DNA of 64,000 nucleotides from Candidatus Eiseniibacteriota bacterium (GTDB lineage Bacteria > Eisenbacteria > RBG-16-71-46), in contig OY970342.1 of the NCBI GenBank assembly GCA_963717505.1, forward strand, positions 288,001 through 352,000, given 5' to 3'. The first letter of the stretch is position 1. Every line of letters begins with the position of its first letter. The translations under genes and the position numbers were made by a program. Of this stretch, positions 52,828 through 62,935 are shown in pieces. The notes under the pieces were generated by a model. That model worked only from the letters and a program-made list of their open reading frames with translations, was not told the DNA's origin and did no database searches.

Positions 52828-54486
52828 ATGGTGATCCGGGTTTTCCTCGCGCTGCAAACGGTCGTCGCGCTCCTCGCCTGGCCCGTTTCGAGCGCCGCCC
52901 AGCCAGTCCACCGCGGTGGTCGAGTGCCGGCTCCGGCGCCGGGGGTCAACTGCATTCCCGCCGATCCCGCGCCCCCTCCCGGCACCGAAGCGCATCGCCC
53001 GCCGCCCGAAGGCGCCGGACTCATTCTCTACGCCGACCCGATGGGCAACGGCGGGATCAACAGCTTCGGCCAGACGCTGGTGAATTACGTCGACCTGTCG
53101 CCGACCACCTCGATCCAGGACTGGAGCTGCGGCAGCACGGCGTACGACGGACACGGCGGCTGGGACATCGAGATCCCGAGCTTCTATCACATGGACGAGA
53201 TGAACACGGCCGTGCTCGCCGCGGCGCCGGGCACCGTGATCCAGGCGCACGACGGCGAATTCGACCGGCGCGCCGCGTGGCAGAGCGGTGCGGCTGCCAA
53301 CTACGCGATCGTCGCCCACGCCGACGGATCCCAAGCGTGGTATTGGCACTTCAAGAACGGTTCGGTCCGCGTGTCGCCCGGCCAGCCTGTCGCGACCGGC
53401 GACACGCTCGGCTTCGTCGGCAGCTCGGGCTTCTCGAGCGGACCGCACCTGCACTTCGAGACGCGCGACCCCGGAGTGGTCGACCCGTCGACTGGAACAT
53501 GCAACGCCGTGTCTTCGCGCTGGATCTCGCAGGCGCCCTACGTGTGGAATCTGCCGTTCCAGTTGTTCGGCCACGGCCTGACCACACTGCCGATCACCTG
53601 GCCGACGCTGCTCGAATGGCCACCGTCGTCGACCCACGTCACCGCCAGCAGCACGATCTATTCGTGGATCCGCCCGCGCAATCTGACAACCGCCAATCTG
53701 ATGACGTTGAATCTCTACGCCAACGGGGCGCTGTGGGGCACGTACAACTGGAATGCGAGCGGGAGTTATTCGTCGAGCTGGTGGTACGTCACCTGGACGC
53801 TGCCGGTGAACCCGTCGCTCTACGGAAACTGGCGCGCCGACGTGCTGCGCGACGGCGTGGTCGTCTCGCAAGATTTCTTCACCTACGACGCGGCGGCGAA
53901 CCAGGCGCCGATGATGGCGCGTAATAACTTCGTGCTCGAGACCAACAGCAGCCTGACCGCCGATTTCCCGTCGTCCGATCCGGACGGCTCGGTGTTCTGG
54001 AACGAGGTCACCATCCCGCCGACGCACGGCACGATCCAGTTGTTGGGTGGTCGCAAGCGCAAATTCAAGTACACGCCCCCGCCGGGCTTCGTCGGGATCG
54101 ACTCCATCTATGCGCGGGCCCAGGACAACCAGGGTCTCTTTGGGGGCCCGGTGCGGCTCAAGTTCGCGGTCGGCCTGCCGCTCGACGTGCCCATGACTGA
54201 CGCAGCACCGCGCATCGCGCTCTCGCGTCCGGCGCCCAATCCGGTGTCGTCCCGGACCGAGATCAGCTACTCGCTGCCCAGGGCCACCACCGTCTCGCTC
54301 GAAGTCTTCGACGTGACCGGCGAGCGCGTGGCGATCCTCGATTCGGGGGAACGCCCGGCCGGCGACCGACACGTCACCTGGACGGTTCGGCGCTACGACG
54401 GGGGCCGGCTCCCGGCCGGCATCTACTTCCTCACCCTGATCGCCGATGCCGAACGCGTGACCCGCAGGATCGTCGTCACGCACTGA
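52828..54486 (+). CDS. M23 family metallopeptidase domain protein with Ig-like and FlgD-type C-terminal domains
   Basis: YDGHGGWD, V.AAAPG.V, G.SG.SSGPHLHFE; C-terminal PNPV...VFDVTGERV...GIYF. Confidence 0.85.
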   Translation: MVIRVFLALQTVVALLAWPVSSAAQPVHRGGRVPAPAPGVNCIPADPAPPPGTEAHRPPPEGAGLILYADPMGNGGINSFGQTLVNYVDLSPTTSIQDWSCGSTAYDGHGGWDIEIPSFYHMDEMNTAVLAAAPGTVIQAHDGEFDRRAAWQSGAAANYAIVAHADGSQAWYWHFKNGSVRVSPGQPVATGDTLGFVGSSGFSSGPHLHFETRDPGVVDPSTGTCNAVSSRWISQAPYVWNLPFQLFGHGLTTLPITWPTLLEWPPSSTHVTASSTIYSWIRPRNLTTANLMTLNLYANGALWGTYNWNASGSYSSSWWYVTWTLPVNPSLYGNWRADVLRDGVVVSQDFFTYDAAANQAPMMARNNFVLETNSSLTADFPSSDPDGSVFWNEVTIPPTHGTIQLLGGRKRKFKYTPPPGFVGIDSIYARAQDNQGLFGGPVRLKFAVGLPLDVPMTDAAPRIALSRPAPNPVSSRTEISYSLPRATTVSLEVFDVTGERVAILDSGERPAGDRHVTWTVRRYDGGRLPAGIYFLTLIADAERVTRRIVVTH

Positions 54487-54528
54487 CCGTCGAGCCTTTG
54501 CGGTTCGCCAAAATTTCGCAAAGAAAAA

Positions 54529-54543
54529 CGGCCCGGTCCTTGC
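54529..54543 (+). promoter_or_regulatory. Possible sigma-54 promoter
   Basis: CGGCCCGGTCCTTGC (GG-N10-GC with TTGC), preceded by the inverted repeat CTTTGCG...CGCAAAG. Confidence 0.35.
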
Positions 54544-54606
54544 GCATGGTTGCGGCAGATCCCGCAGCGTGGTCTGACCCTGCAACCGGAAAACGCACCC
54601 AAAGCC

Positions 54607-55902
54607 ATGCGCACCGTAACGATAGGCCTCTCGGCCGCAATCCTGCTGACTTCCACCCAACTTGCGTTCGGCCAGACGCTCGACGCAAGACGCATGGGAA
54701 TGGGTGGCGTGGTCCTTGCGGGGCAGCCCGACAACGTCGCCTACCGCGCGGTGCCGCCGGCCCCCGGACGCTCCACCGGGTTCACGCTGCCACTCGGTCT
54801 GATGACTCTGGTCGACGATCCGCCCGAGTTCGACCCCGACAGCCCGGGCTTCAACGTCTTCGAGATCGCCGAGCTGGCGCTCAACCCACCCTGGCACCTT
54901 CAGCTCAACGAGCCCGATCCGCCCTCGACCGATATCGTGGTGTCGCTCGGCCGTGACTATCTGTCGGTCGACTTGGGCGAAGTCGGGGACTACTTCGAGC
55001 AAGGCAGCCGCATCGCGTCCTCGTACGCGCTGACGCCGGGCGCGGTCAAGATTGGCCCGGTGTTCGGCAGCATGTCGCTGCTCACCACATACGAGAACCG
55101 GTTCGAGCTGGGACCCGAGCTGAAGCAGGCTCTGGATAGCGGCGAGTTCCAGCCCAACACCCAATACACGCTGACCGACGTCGGCGAGGGCCACGTGATG
55201 GCGACGGCGGATCTCGGCTGCGCCATGCCGCTGCTCCCGGGTTCGGGCGAGCAAGCTACCCGGGTGTTCGGCGGCGCCCGCATCCGTCTGTTCCGGGGCC
55301 TGGGCTACGGCGACATGCGCACCGACGCCGGATTCGCGACCGACGACACGATGTTCGCGAGCATCCCGGCCGAGTTCGACGTGGTCGGCACCTTCCGCGA
55401 CGCCGGGCTCTCGGGCGGCGGCTGGGGCGCGGGTCTCGATCTCGGCACCGTCGTCCAGTGGCGCGGGTTCGAATTCGGCGCCAGCGTCCAGAACCTGGGC
55501 GCCACCATGACCTGGCGCGTGCGCGAGCAGATCGTGACCAGCGACTCGACCGGCAACTACGAAATGACCACGGTCGCGGACAACGTCGAGTACACGTCGC
55601 GCGTGCCGATCAACGTCACCGCCCACGTCGGCCGCGCCATGGGCCCTTGGCTGCTGGCTGCCGACGTCACCCACTCGATGGACGCGACGCAGACCCACGT
55701 CGGCGTCGAGCGCTGGATCGGTTGGTTCGCGCTGCGCGGCGGCGTGCGGCTCGACGAACAAGTGAACATCCAGGGCGGCACCGGCCTGGGTGCTCGCTTC
55801 GGTCCGGTCGGCGCCGATCTGGCGCTCGCGACCCACAACCGCCACCTGAACGGTGAACGCGGCCTCGAGCTGGCCGCGGGCATCTCGTGGTATCCGAAAT
55901 GA
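54607..55902 (+). CDS. Outer-membrane beta-barrel protein (FadL/TraF/PorV-like)
   Basis: Signal peptide, ARRMGMGG plug motif, G.GLDLG, GVE.W....ALRGG, aromatic C-terminus. Confidence 0.65.
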   Translation: MRTVTIGLSAAILLTSTQLAFGQTLDARRMGMGGVVLAGQPDNVAYRAVPPAPGRSTGFTLPLGLMTLVDDPPEFDPDSPGFNVFEIAELALNPPWHLQLNEPDPPSTDIVVSLGRDYLSVDLGEVGDYFEQGSRIASSYALTPGAVKIGPVFGSMSLLTTYENRFELGPELKQALDSGEFQPNTQYTLTDVGEGHVMATADLGCAMPLLPGSGEQATRVFGGARIRLFRGLGYGDMRTDAGFATDDTMFASIPAEFDVVGTFRDAGLSGGGWGAGLDLGTVVQWRGFEFGASVQNLGATMTWRVREQIVTSDSTGNYEMTTVADNVEYTSRVPINVTAHVGRAMGPWLLAADVTHSMDATQTHVGVERWIGWFALRGGVRLDEQVNIQGGTGLGARFGPVGADLALATHNRHLNGERGLELAAGISWYPK

Positions 55903-56507
55903 GATCCTTTGACCTGCGAGCCTTCGTCCTGCGCGTCGCCTTCGTCGTGATCGCGCTGATCACCGCGGTCACCGTCGCGCTGGCGCTCGCCGGCTGCGGC
56001 GACCGCAACCTGATCCTGAACGTGGACGTGCTCAGCTACCTGAGTCCGACCCAGTCTGAAGCGGGCTTCGGTCCGATGCCCGCCGCACCCGGTGGACTCG
56101 CGACCGGCGAGCAGCCCCTGGTCGACAACATGACCATCAACCTGGTCGACAATCTGGGCAACGTGCTCGAGGTGCGCTCGGTAAGGCTTCTGGTCACTGC
56201 CGAGTGCGACGCTTGGACCGGCGACGGCAGCGATACGCTGCGCATGTACCTGGGTGGACCGGGTAGCGATCCGCGCACCACGACCCCCGCGTTTGAGATG
56301 GCGCTGCCACTGACCGGCGGCGTGATCAATACAACAAGTGGCGACTTCCAGGGCGACACGCGAGTGCTCGACCTGTTCGACCAGCGCCAGGTGCAGCTCA
56401 GCATCACCAACGCCTTCCGCGGCCCCAGCTCGGGCCCGCCCCTCGAAGGCGAAGTTCGACTGACCAAGATCCAGGCGATCGTGGTCGCTGGACGCTCGGG
56501 GCTCTAG
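55899..56507 (+). CDS. Hypothetical lipoprotein
   Basis: Lipobox LALAGC; ATGA overlap with the barrel gene. Confidence 0.7.
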   Translation: MRSFDLRAFVLRVAFVVIALITAVTVALALAGCGDRNLILNVDVLSYLSPTQSEAGFGPMPAAPGGLATGEQPLVDNMTINLVDNLGNVLEVRSVRLLVTAECDAWTGDGSDTLRMYLGGPGSDPRTTTPAFEMALPLTGGVINTTSGDFQGDTRVLDLFDQRQVQLSITNAFRGPSSGPPLEGEVRLTKIQAIVVAGRSGL

Positions 56508-57403
56508 GCCCCCAGATACGCCAGCAGCGGCGTCAGCGTCAGCGGGCTCAAGAGCGTCGTCACCACCACCACCGACGTGACGAACTCGGGCTCCAGGTCG
56601 TACTCGGTCGCGAGGATGGTGCAGATCACGGCCGACGGCATCGCCGCCTGAAGGATTCCGGCCTGGCGCGCGGGACCGACCAGCCCGAACAGGGGCGCCA
56701 GCGCAATCCCCGCGGCGGCGCCACCCAACAAGCGCAGGGCCGAGACCCCGAGCACCGGTCGCCACGGTGCGCGCACGCCACGCCCGTAGAGCTGGATGCC
56801 CAGGATCGCGATGAAGGTCGGCACGCACGCGCTCGACAGCAGGTCGACGGCACGCTGCGCGGGCAACGGCAGCGACCACCCTGTCGTGTTCACGATCAAC
56901 GCTGCAACCACCGCCCAGACCGACGACACTCGGATCAATCCGCGGGCCGCGACCAGGGGGTGCGTGTTCCCGCTCGAGGCGATCAAGACACCGACCGTGA
57001 ACGTCAGCACCGACGAGGACGCGAAGAACAATCCCGCGTTAGCGACTCCGGGCTCGCCGAAGGCGAACAAGTTTGCCGAGAGTCCGAAGTTGCCGGCGTT
57101 CGGCAGCATCACCACTAGGGCCGCCGCGGCAACGGTCTTGCGTGGCCAGCCGAGTGCGCGGCCGATGAGTGCAGTGATCGCGGCGAGGATCAGCAGCGTG
57201 GCGAACGCGAAGCCCATCATGCGCAAGAGCGCAACCGAGTCGCCGTTGCGCGTGATCACGTCGAACACGAAGCACGGCGCCAGCAGGTTGAACGCCAGTG
57301 AGGTGACTGGCTTGGCGTCGAGCCGCGTGCGCCACGCGAGCAGCCAGCCAGCGCCGGCCACCAGGAGGACCGGCAGCAGGTTGTCGGCGAAGAGCCGGAG
57401 CAC
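56504..57403 (-). CDS. AEC (auxin efflux carrier) family transporter
   Basis: PNAGNFGL, QAAMPSAV and V.VTTLLS.LTL; about 10 TM helices. Confidence 0.88.
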   Translation of the reverse strand: MLRLFADNLLPVLLVAGAGWLLAWRTRLDAKPVTSLAFNLLAPCFVFDVITRNGDSVALLRMMGFAFATLLILAAITALIGRALGWPRKTVAAAALVVMLPNAGNFGLSANLFAFGEPGVANAGLFFASSSVLTFTVGVLIASSGNTHPLVAARGLIRVSSVWAVVAALIVNTTGWSLPLPAQRAVDLLSSACVPTFIAILGIQLYGRGVRAPWRPVLGVSALRLLGGAAAGIALAPLFGLVGPARQAGILQAAMPSAVICTILATEYDLEPEFVTSVVVVTTLLSPLTLTPLLAYLGA

Positions 57404-57419
57404 GTTAGGGCGAGGTTCG

Positions 57420-59253
57420 CTAGGGTCGGGTCGCGCCGGCGCCCTGCTCTTCGGACGCCATCCAGATCTCGATCTGCTGCCTCAACACCGGCAGCGCCAC
57501 CGCCCCGTTGCTTGAGCACGGCGTCGTGGAAGCGGCGGATGTCGAACTTGTCGCCCAGCCGCTTCTTCGCCTCCTCGCGCAACGCCAGGATCTCGAGCTG
57601 GCCGCACTTGTAGGCCAGAGCCTGCGCCGGCCAGGCGATGTAGCGATCGACCTCGTTCTCGATGTTGTTCCTCGCCAGCACCGAGTTCTCGAACATGTAA
57701 TCGATCGCTTGCTGGCGACTCCAGCCCATCTGATGGATTCCGGTGTCGACCACCAGGCGGCACGCACGCCACGCGTCGTAGGACAGCATGCCGATCCGGT
57801 CGATGTCGCTCGAATAGAGACCCATCTCGTCCGACAACCGCTCGGTGTACAGCGCCCAGCCTTCGACGTAGGCGGTCACGCCCGAGTACTTGCGGAACTC
57901 GGGGATGTCCTGCAGCTCCCCGGCGATCGCGATCTGCAGGTGGTGCCCCGGAATCGCCTCGTGGAACGCCAGGGCTTCGGCTTCGTAGCGCGGCCGGGTC
58001 TCGGGCTTGTAGGTGTTGATCATGTAGTAGCCGGGCCGCGTGCCGTCGGCTGCGGGTTCCCGGTAGTAGGCGATCGTCGACTGGGGCGCTTCGTGCATGC
58101 CCATCACCTTCACTTCGCAGTCGGCCTTGGGCAGGATGCCGAACCATTCGGGGATCGCCTTGCGCGCCCGTTCCAGGGACTCGCTCGCCTTGTGCTCGAC
58201 TTCCTCGGCTGTGGCGAACTGCATCTTCGGGTCTTCGCGCAGCATTTTCTGGATGGTCGCGACGTCGCTGGTGCCGAGCGCTTTCTGGCCGAGCGCGCTC
58301 AGGTCGCGCCGAAACTTCGCGACCTCCTCGAGACCCAGCTGGTGCAGCTCCTCGGGCGTGCGATCGAGCGAGGTCTGCGCCCGGATGCGCACCTGGTAGC
58401 ACTCATTGCCGTCGGGAATCCACGAGAGCCCCGGCTGCTCGGTGGAGCGCGCGACCGGCAGCACCTCCTTCTCGAGGAATTCCCGGTAGCGCTTGAACGA
58501 CGGCGCCACCACCTGGGTCACCGCTTGCGTCAGCTTCTCCGTGAAGCGGTCGCGATCGCGCAACGACCACGCATCGCGGCGAACCTTGGCCGGCGACATC
58601 AACGCCCAGTCGGCGATCGGCGTGGCTTCGATCGACTTCAGTTGATCGATCGACTTCTGCACGCCGGCGATGCTCGAGGTGCGCTTCGAGGCCAAGCCGC
58701 GCTTCAGGTTCGCGATGTGCTGGTCGACGTACGGACCCATGGCGCGACAACGGGTCACGTACTTGTCGGCGTCCTTGGGCGTCTCGATCCGCGTCAGATC
58801 GGGCAGGTTGAAGAACTCGAGGTGGGGTCCGTTCATCGGGTCGACGGTCCATTCCTCGAAATGACACTTCATGCTCGACAGTTCGCTCTCGACTTCCTCG
58901 ATCAGTACCGCGCGCGTCAGCCGGTCGACGCTCGACAGCGCGTCCACCGGAACGGCCTTCACCCGCTTGAGGATCGTTTCGAGACGGCGTTGGTCGTCGA
59001 GCAGCCCCTGGGGCGAGTTGTTCTCCAGCCGGTCGTCGTAGCGTCGATCGCCCAGCGTGGTCGCCATGGTCGGGCGGGCGCGCAACACGCCTTCCCAATA
59101 GTCGCGGCAGACCGCAGACATCTCCTGCGCGGCGCGCGTGGCCGTCTGTGCGCTCACTTGCGAATGAGTGGAGGCGTCATCGGCGGACGAGCCTTCCGGC
59201 GCCAAGGCGATCAGCATCGCGATCGCGACCCAAAACCGTTCGACGGCGACCAT
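57420..59253 (-). CDS. DUF885 family protein (one-base frameshift near 57510)
   Basis: FHEAIPGHHLQ, EGWALY.E, RACRLVVDTGIH, EVDRY..WP.QAL.YK.G and FHDAVL, then NGAVALPVL in the shifted frame. Confidence 0.88.
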
Positions 59254-59280
59254 CGAATTTCCCCCGGTTGTGAAATGCAC

Positions 59281-60024
59281 TCATGTGTTCGGGGGTCGAT
59301 TGCGGGCGCTCCCCCGGCCCCAGCGCGTCCAGGCGAACCACGTCGATCCAGCTACCAGAATGACAGCGATCGCGAACCATTGCACGGCGTATCCGAGGTG
59401 CAGGCCCTCGTTCAGGGGTGCTTCGAGGGTGCGCTTCGGAAGCGCAGGCACGCCGGGGCCGGCATGCTGGTGAATGAAGAACCCGGCGACCGGATACGGG
59501 AACACCCGGGTGAGCGAGTCGCGATTGAGCCGGGCCGCGGAAAACACTTGGGGACCGTCGCCGGGAAGCCGGTACGGCGCGCGTCCCTGGGTCTCCAAAG
59601 CTCGGGCCATTCCCTCGACTTCGACCGGCCCCGGCTCGGGATACTCCTGAGGCCGTGCAGTCAGGGCGTCCTCGGCTGGCAGCCAGCCGCGTTCGATCAG
59701 CACCCACTCGCCGGTGAGCGTCTGGAGCGGCGTGACGACGCCCACGCCGGGCTCGCCCTCGTGCATCCGCCCACGCAGAAGGATCTGGCGGGTTTCGTCG
59801 TAGGTGCCGCGGACCCTCACCCGCCGGCCGATTACGGCCGCATCGCCCGTACCGGCGGCGGGCCATTCGACCGGGGGCGCCGACAGCGATGCCGCGCTGG
59901 TCGCGTTGAGAGTGTGTTTCGCTTCGAGGCGGGCGAGCTGCCAAAAGCCGAGGCGCACGCACACGGCCGCGGCCGCGAGCACCGCGACCGCCGCGAGCGC
60001 GCCGAGTACTTTCCCGCGCGTCAC
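59281..60024 (-). CDS. SURF1 family protein
   Basis: LGFWQLAR, VVTPL, LIERGW and HLGYAVQWF. Confidence 0.88.
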   Translation of the reverse strand: MTRGKVLGALAAVAVLAAAAVCVRLGFWQLARLEAKHTLNATSAASLSAPPVEWPAAGTGDAAVIGRRVRVRGTYDETRQILLRGRMHEGEPGVGVVTPLQTLTGEWVLIERGWLPAEDALTARPQEYPEPGPVEVEGMARALETQGRAPYRLPGDGPQVFSAARLNRDSLTRVFPYPVAGFFIHQHAGPGVPALPKRTLEAPLNEGLHLGYAVQWFAIAVILVAGSTWFAWTRWGRGSARNRPPNT

Positions 60025-60254
60025 GGCGCCGGCTTGGGCGCCGGCAGGTCGAACGCGATCAACTGCGATTGGAAGCCGCAGGTTTTGTGGGTGCCGTCGC
60101 AGAACGGTTTGTTGGACGACTGCCCGCAACGACACAGGGTGACGCGCTGGCGACCGGCGAGCCCGAAGGACCTGCCCTCCTGGTCGACGATCTCGAAGTC
60201 ACCCTCGACGCGCAGCGAGCCGTTGTTCATGACGGTGATCTTGGTGACAGCCAT
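60021..60254 (-). CDS. CDGSH iron-sulfur domain protein
   Basis: LCRCGQSSNKPFCDGTH; AGGAGG RBS. Confidence 0.92.
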   Translation of the reverse strand: MAVTKITVMNNGSLRVEGDFEIVDQEGRSFGLAGRQRVTLCRCGQSSNKPFCDGTHKTCGFQSQLIAFDLPAPKPAP

Positions 60255-60303
60255 GTTCGTTCCTCCTGGTCGCGTATGCCGGCCCGGCGTCGGGTCGGAA
60301 AAG

Positions 60304-61386
60304 CTAAGGCGCGGTGCGCATGTAGGGCGGGCGCGTCGCGCGCAGCTCGTAACAGGTGCGCCCGATGCCGTGACTCCAGAAGCGCGGCGGATCGCCGGAG
60401 CGCGGATCGGGCATCGAGTCGGCGCCGGCAAATACCGCGCACAGCACGAAGCGCACGGAATCGATGGTTCGGTATTCGTAGGGCACCCCGGTGACCGGGT
60501 CGGTGATCGAGGTCAGACCGGTGCGCGGCTCTCGGATCAGCGCATCGAGCGAAGCCGGCAGCGTCGAGTGCTCGCCCCAGTGGACGTCCACCGCGTCGGC
60601 GATCGCGCGCAGCTCGCTCACCCGGCGCGTATCGAGCTGGCGGTCGCGCTCGCGCCCGGGCGAGCCCACGAACCAGAGTCCGACCGCCATGCTGACCACG
60701 GCGCCGGCAATGCCGAGCCGCCCGAGGACCTGGCGCCGGGCTCGTGCGGTCGTGCCTTCGGTTTCGTCGCGGCGCAGGTCGGCCAGGTAGTGGCCGAACA
60801 CCACACCGGCGATCGCGAACACCACCGCGACCTTGAGAACAAATCTCGGCGCGACCTCGCCGCCGAGCACCGCGGTGACGAGCACGATCAGGTCCCCGAT
60901 CATCACCAGGGCGGCGAGGAACAGCGTCAGGTAGGTGAGCCACTTGCGAATCCGCGAGCTGCGCTTTTCCGGGTCGCCGGCCATCGTGCGGCCGATCACT
61001 CGCCCGACGAACAGGAACACCGGCAGCCCGATCACCAGCGACGCGACCGCACTCCGGGCGGCGTTCGCAAGCGGGATGCGCGTGGAATACATCTGCGTCG
61101 GGTCGTGCAGGCTCCAGTTGATCAGCGCGAACCAGATGGCGCCGACGTTGAACGCGATGACGTACAGAGTCGCGAACAAGACCAGGTGGAGAAACGCCTC
61201 CCGGGCCGACAGGTAGGGCCGGCGCCGGGGCACCGGGACCGGGAAGTCGACCTCGGCCCAGGAGCCGAGGGCCGAGTCGGCCTCCTCGGGCGGCCAGCCG
61301 GCCTTGAGCAGGGCCTCTCGAATGGCGGCTCGCGGAACCCCGCGGGCGAGCGAATCTCGAACAAACGTATGGAGTTCGGCGTTCAT
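60304..61386 (-). CDS. DUF5671 domain membrane protein
   Basis: L..AGWP, SAREAFLHL, RKWLTYLTLF and D..RV..L..I...DPVTG.PYEY. Confidence 0.75.
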   Translation of the reverse strand: MNAELHTFVRDSLARGVPRAAIREALLKAGWPPEEADSALGSWAEVDFPVPVPRRRPYLSAREAFLHLVLFATLYVIAFNVGAIWFALINWSLHDPTQMYSTRIPLANAARSAVASLVIGLPVFLFVGRVIGRTMAGDPEKRSSRIRKWLTYLTLFLAALVMIGDLIVLVTAVLGGEVAPRFVLKVAVVFAIAGVVFGHYLADLRRDETEGTTARARRQVLGRLGIAGAVVSMAVGLWFVGSPGRERDRQLDTRRVSELRAIADAVDVHWGEHSTLPASLDALIREPRTGLTSITDPVTGVPYEYRTIDSVRFVLCAVFAGADSMPDPRSGDPPRFWSHGIGRTCYELRATRPPYMRTAP

Positions 61387-61574
61387 GGCCTGGGGACGCT
61401 AGCCGCCGGCCGCCCCCGGGTCCAGTCCGGCGCCCAGGCGCCAGCTACCGCCGTGCAACAGCGGGCCAGGCCATACGTAGAATGGTTCGTGCCTGGCCCG
61501 TTTTCGAGGTCCGCGCGACGGGCGCCGGAGCGGCTCCTGTCGCGTCGCGGGTCGGTTCGAAAGGAGCGGTACAG

Positions 61575-61877
61575 ATGCTCGAAGGTTTCTGGGGTGTTCT
61601 CGCGCTCGTGGCGATTGCCTGCCTGGTCGCGCTGGGGCTGCTCTGGTGGATCTTCACGTTGCCGTTCCACTTCCTCGGCTTCCTGTTGACCGGGCTCGGC
61701 GTCGCCCTGGTGGTCACGTTCCTGGTCGTCGCGGGAATCGTGGCGCTCGCCGGGCTGGCCCTGGCCGGCGTCCTGATCCTGGTGCCGATGATCGTGATTC
61801 CCCTCCTTCCGGCAGTCATGGCCATGATGCTTCTCTGGTGGCTGTTCTTCCGGAAGCCCCACGCGAAGACCGCATGA
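61575..61877 (+). CDS. Small hydrophobic membrane protein
   Basis: AAAGGAG RBS; almost entirely hydrophobic; overlaps the lepB start (ATGA). Confidence 0.65.
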   Translation: MLEGFWGVLALVAIACLVALGLLWWIFTLPFHFLGFLLTGLGVALVVTFLVVAGIVALAGLALAGVLILVPMIVIPLLPAVMAMMLLWWLFFRKPHAKTA

Positions 61878-62467
61878 CCCGGCCCTGGTCCCAGCGCATT
61901 CGCGAGTATTTCCCGGGTGCGCTGGTCATTCTGTTGCTGCTGGCGGCGCGCTCGTCGCTGGCGGACCACTACGTGGTTCCGACCGGATCGATGGAGTGGA
62001 CGCTCGAGCCCGGCGATCGCGTGGTCGCGGACAAGCGGGCCTTCGGCCTGCGGGTTCCGTTCACGTCGTTCGAGCTGATTCCCGGAGAGTCTCCGGCGCG
62101 CGGCGATCTCGTGGTGTTCGATGCGCCCGACAACGGCATGCGACTCATCAAGCGCGTGGTCGCCGTCTCGGGCGACCACGTCGCGGTGCGCGACGGCCAC
62201 GTCTGGATCAACGGCGCGCCGCTCGAGGCCGGAGCCGAATTCGAACGCTACGGCTCGCGTGTCGCGCACCTGAATCTGGGATTCGGGGGCGGACCCGACG
62301 TCCCTCCGACCGAGGTCCCGCGCGGGCAGGTTCTGGTCCTGGGGGATGCTCGGGGCAACAGCCGAGACGGCCGCTTCTTCGGGTTCGTGCGCGAGGATGA
62401 GATCTACGCGCGAGGCGTGGGCGTCTACTATCGAGCTTCCCGCGGGCTGGTCTGGCTCCCGCTTTAG
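61874..62467 (+). CDS. lepB: Signal peptidase I
   Basis: VPTGSMEWTL..GD, RGDLVVF, LIKRVVA..GD and LGD.R.NSRDGRFFG. Confidence 0.88.
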   Translation: MTRPWSQRIREYFPGALVILLLLAARSSLADHYVVPTGSMEWTLEPGDRVVADKRAFGLRVPFTSFELIPGESPARGDLVVFDAPDNGMRLIKRVVAVSGDHVAVRDGHVWINGAPLEAGAEFERYGSRVAHLNLGFGGGPDVPPTEVPRGQVLVLGDARGNSRDGRFFGFVREDEIYARGVGVYYRASRGLVWLPL

Positions 62468-62536
62468 CGGGGGAAATCTCCTCTTCCGTGCAGTAGACTC
62501 GGGGCGCCAACCCAAACCCGCGCCGCGGGAGGGAAT

Positions 62537-62935
62537 ATGCGTTCCGTGCCGAGACTGCTCTTGCTCGCCCCGCTCCTGCTGTTCGTGGCCGGCTGCACGT
62601 CGGGGCTCAAGAAACCGATCACCACCGCCGAGATCCAGCCCGACAGCCAGGGGATTCAGCGCGTCGAGCTGAACATGCACAGCTACTACTTCGAACCCAG
62701 CCGGATCGTGGTCCACACCGGGCTTCCGGTGGAGCTGGTGCTCAAGAACCGGGCGAAACTCGTGCCCCACAACGTGACCTTCGTCGACACCTCGTTCGCC
62801 AAGAGCGAGGGCGCGTGGCTCGGAACCGGTCACCTGAAGTTCACTCCGCAACGGCAGGGTGAGTTCGAGTTCTATTGCAAGGTCGACGCCCACGCGAAAA
62901 AGGGAATGACTGGCGTGCTCGTCGTGGTGCCATGA
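62537..62935 (+). CDS. Cupredoxin-domain lipoprotein
   Basis: FVAGC lipobox; PHN...YCKVDAHAKKGM type-1 copper ligands. Confidence 0.85.
   Translation: MRSVPRLLLLAPLLLFVAGCTSGLKKPITTAEIQPDSQGIQRVELNMHSYYFEPSRIVVHTGLPVELVLKNRAKLVPHNVTFVDTSFAKSEGAWLGTGHLKFTPQRQGEFEFYCKVDAHAKKGMTGVLVVVP

Noticed and set aside
57508-61689. 1393-aa plus-strand ORF, and similar long ORFs at 1803..4499, 21159..23183, 44047..46278 and 52801..55845
   Set aside because: Antisense shadows of recognisable genes in high-GC DNA; Arg/Ala/Gly-rich with no motifs.
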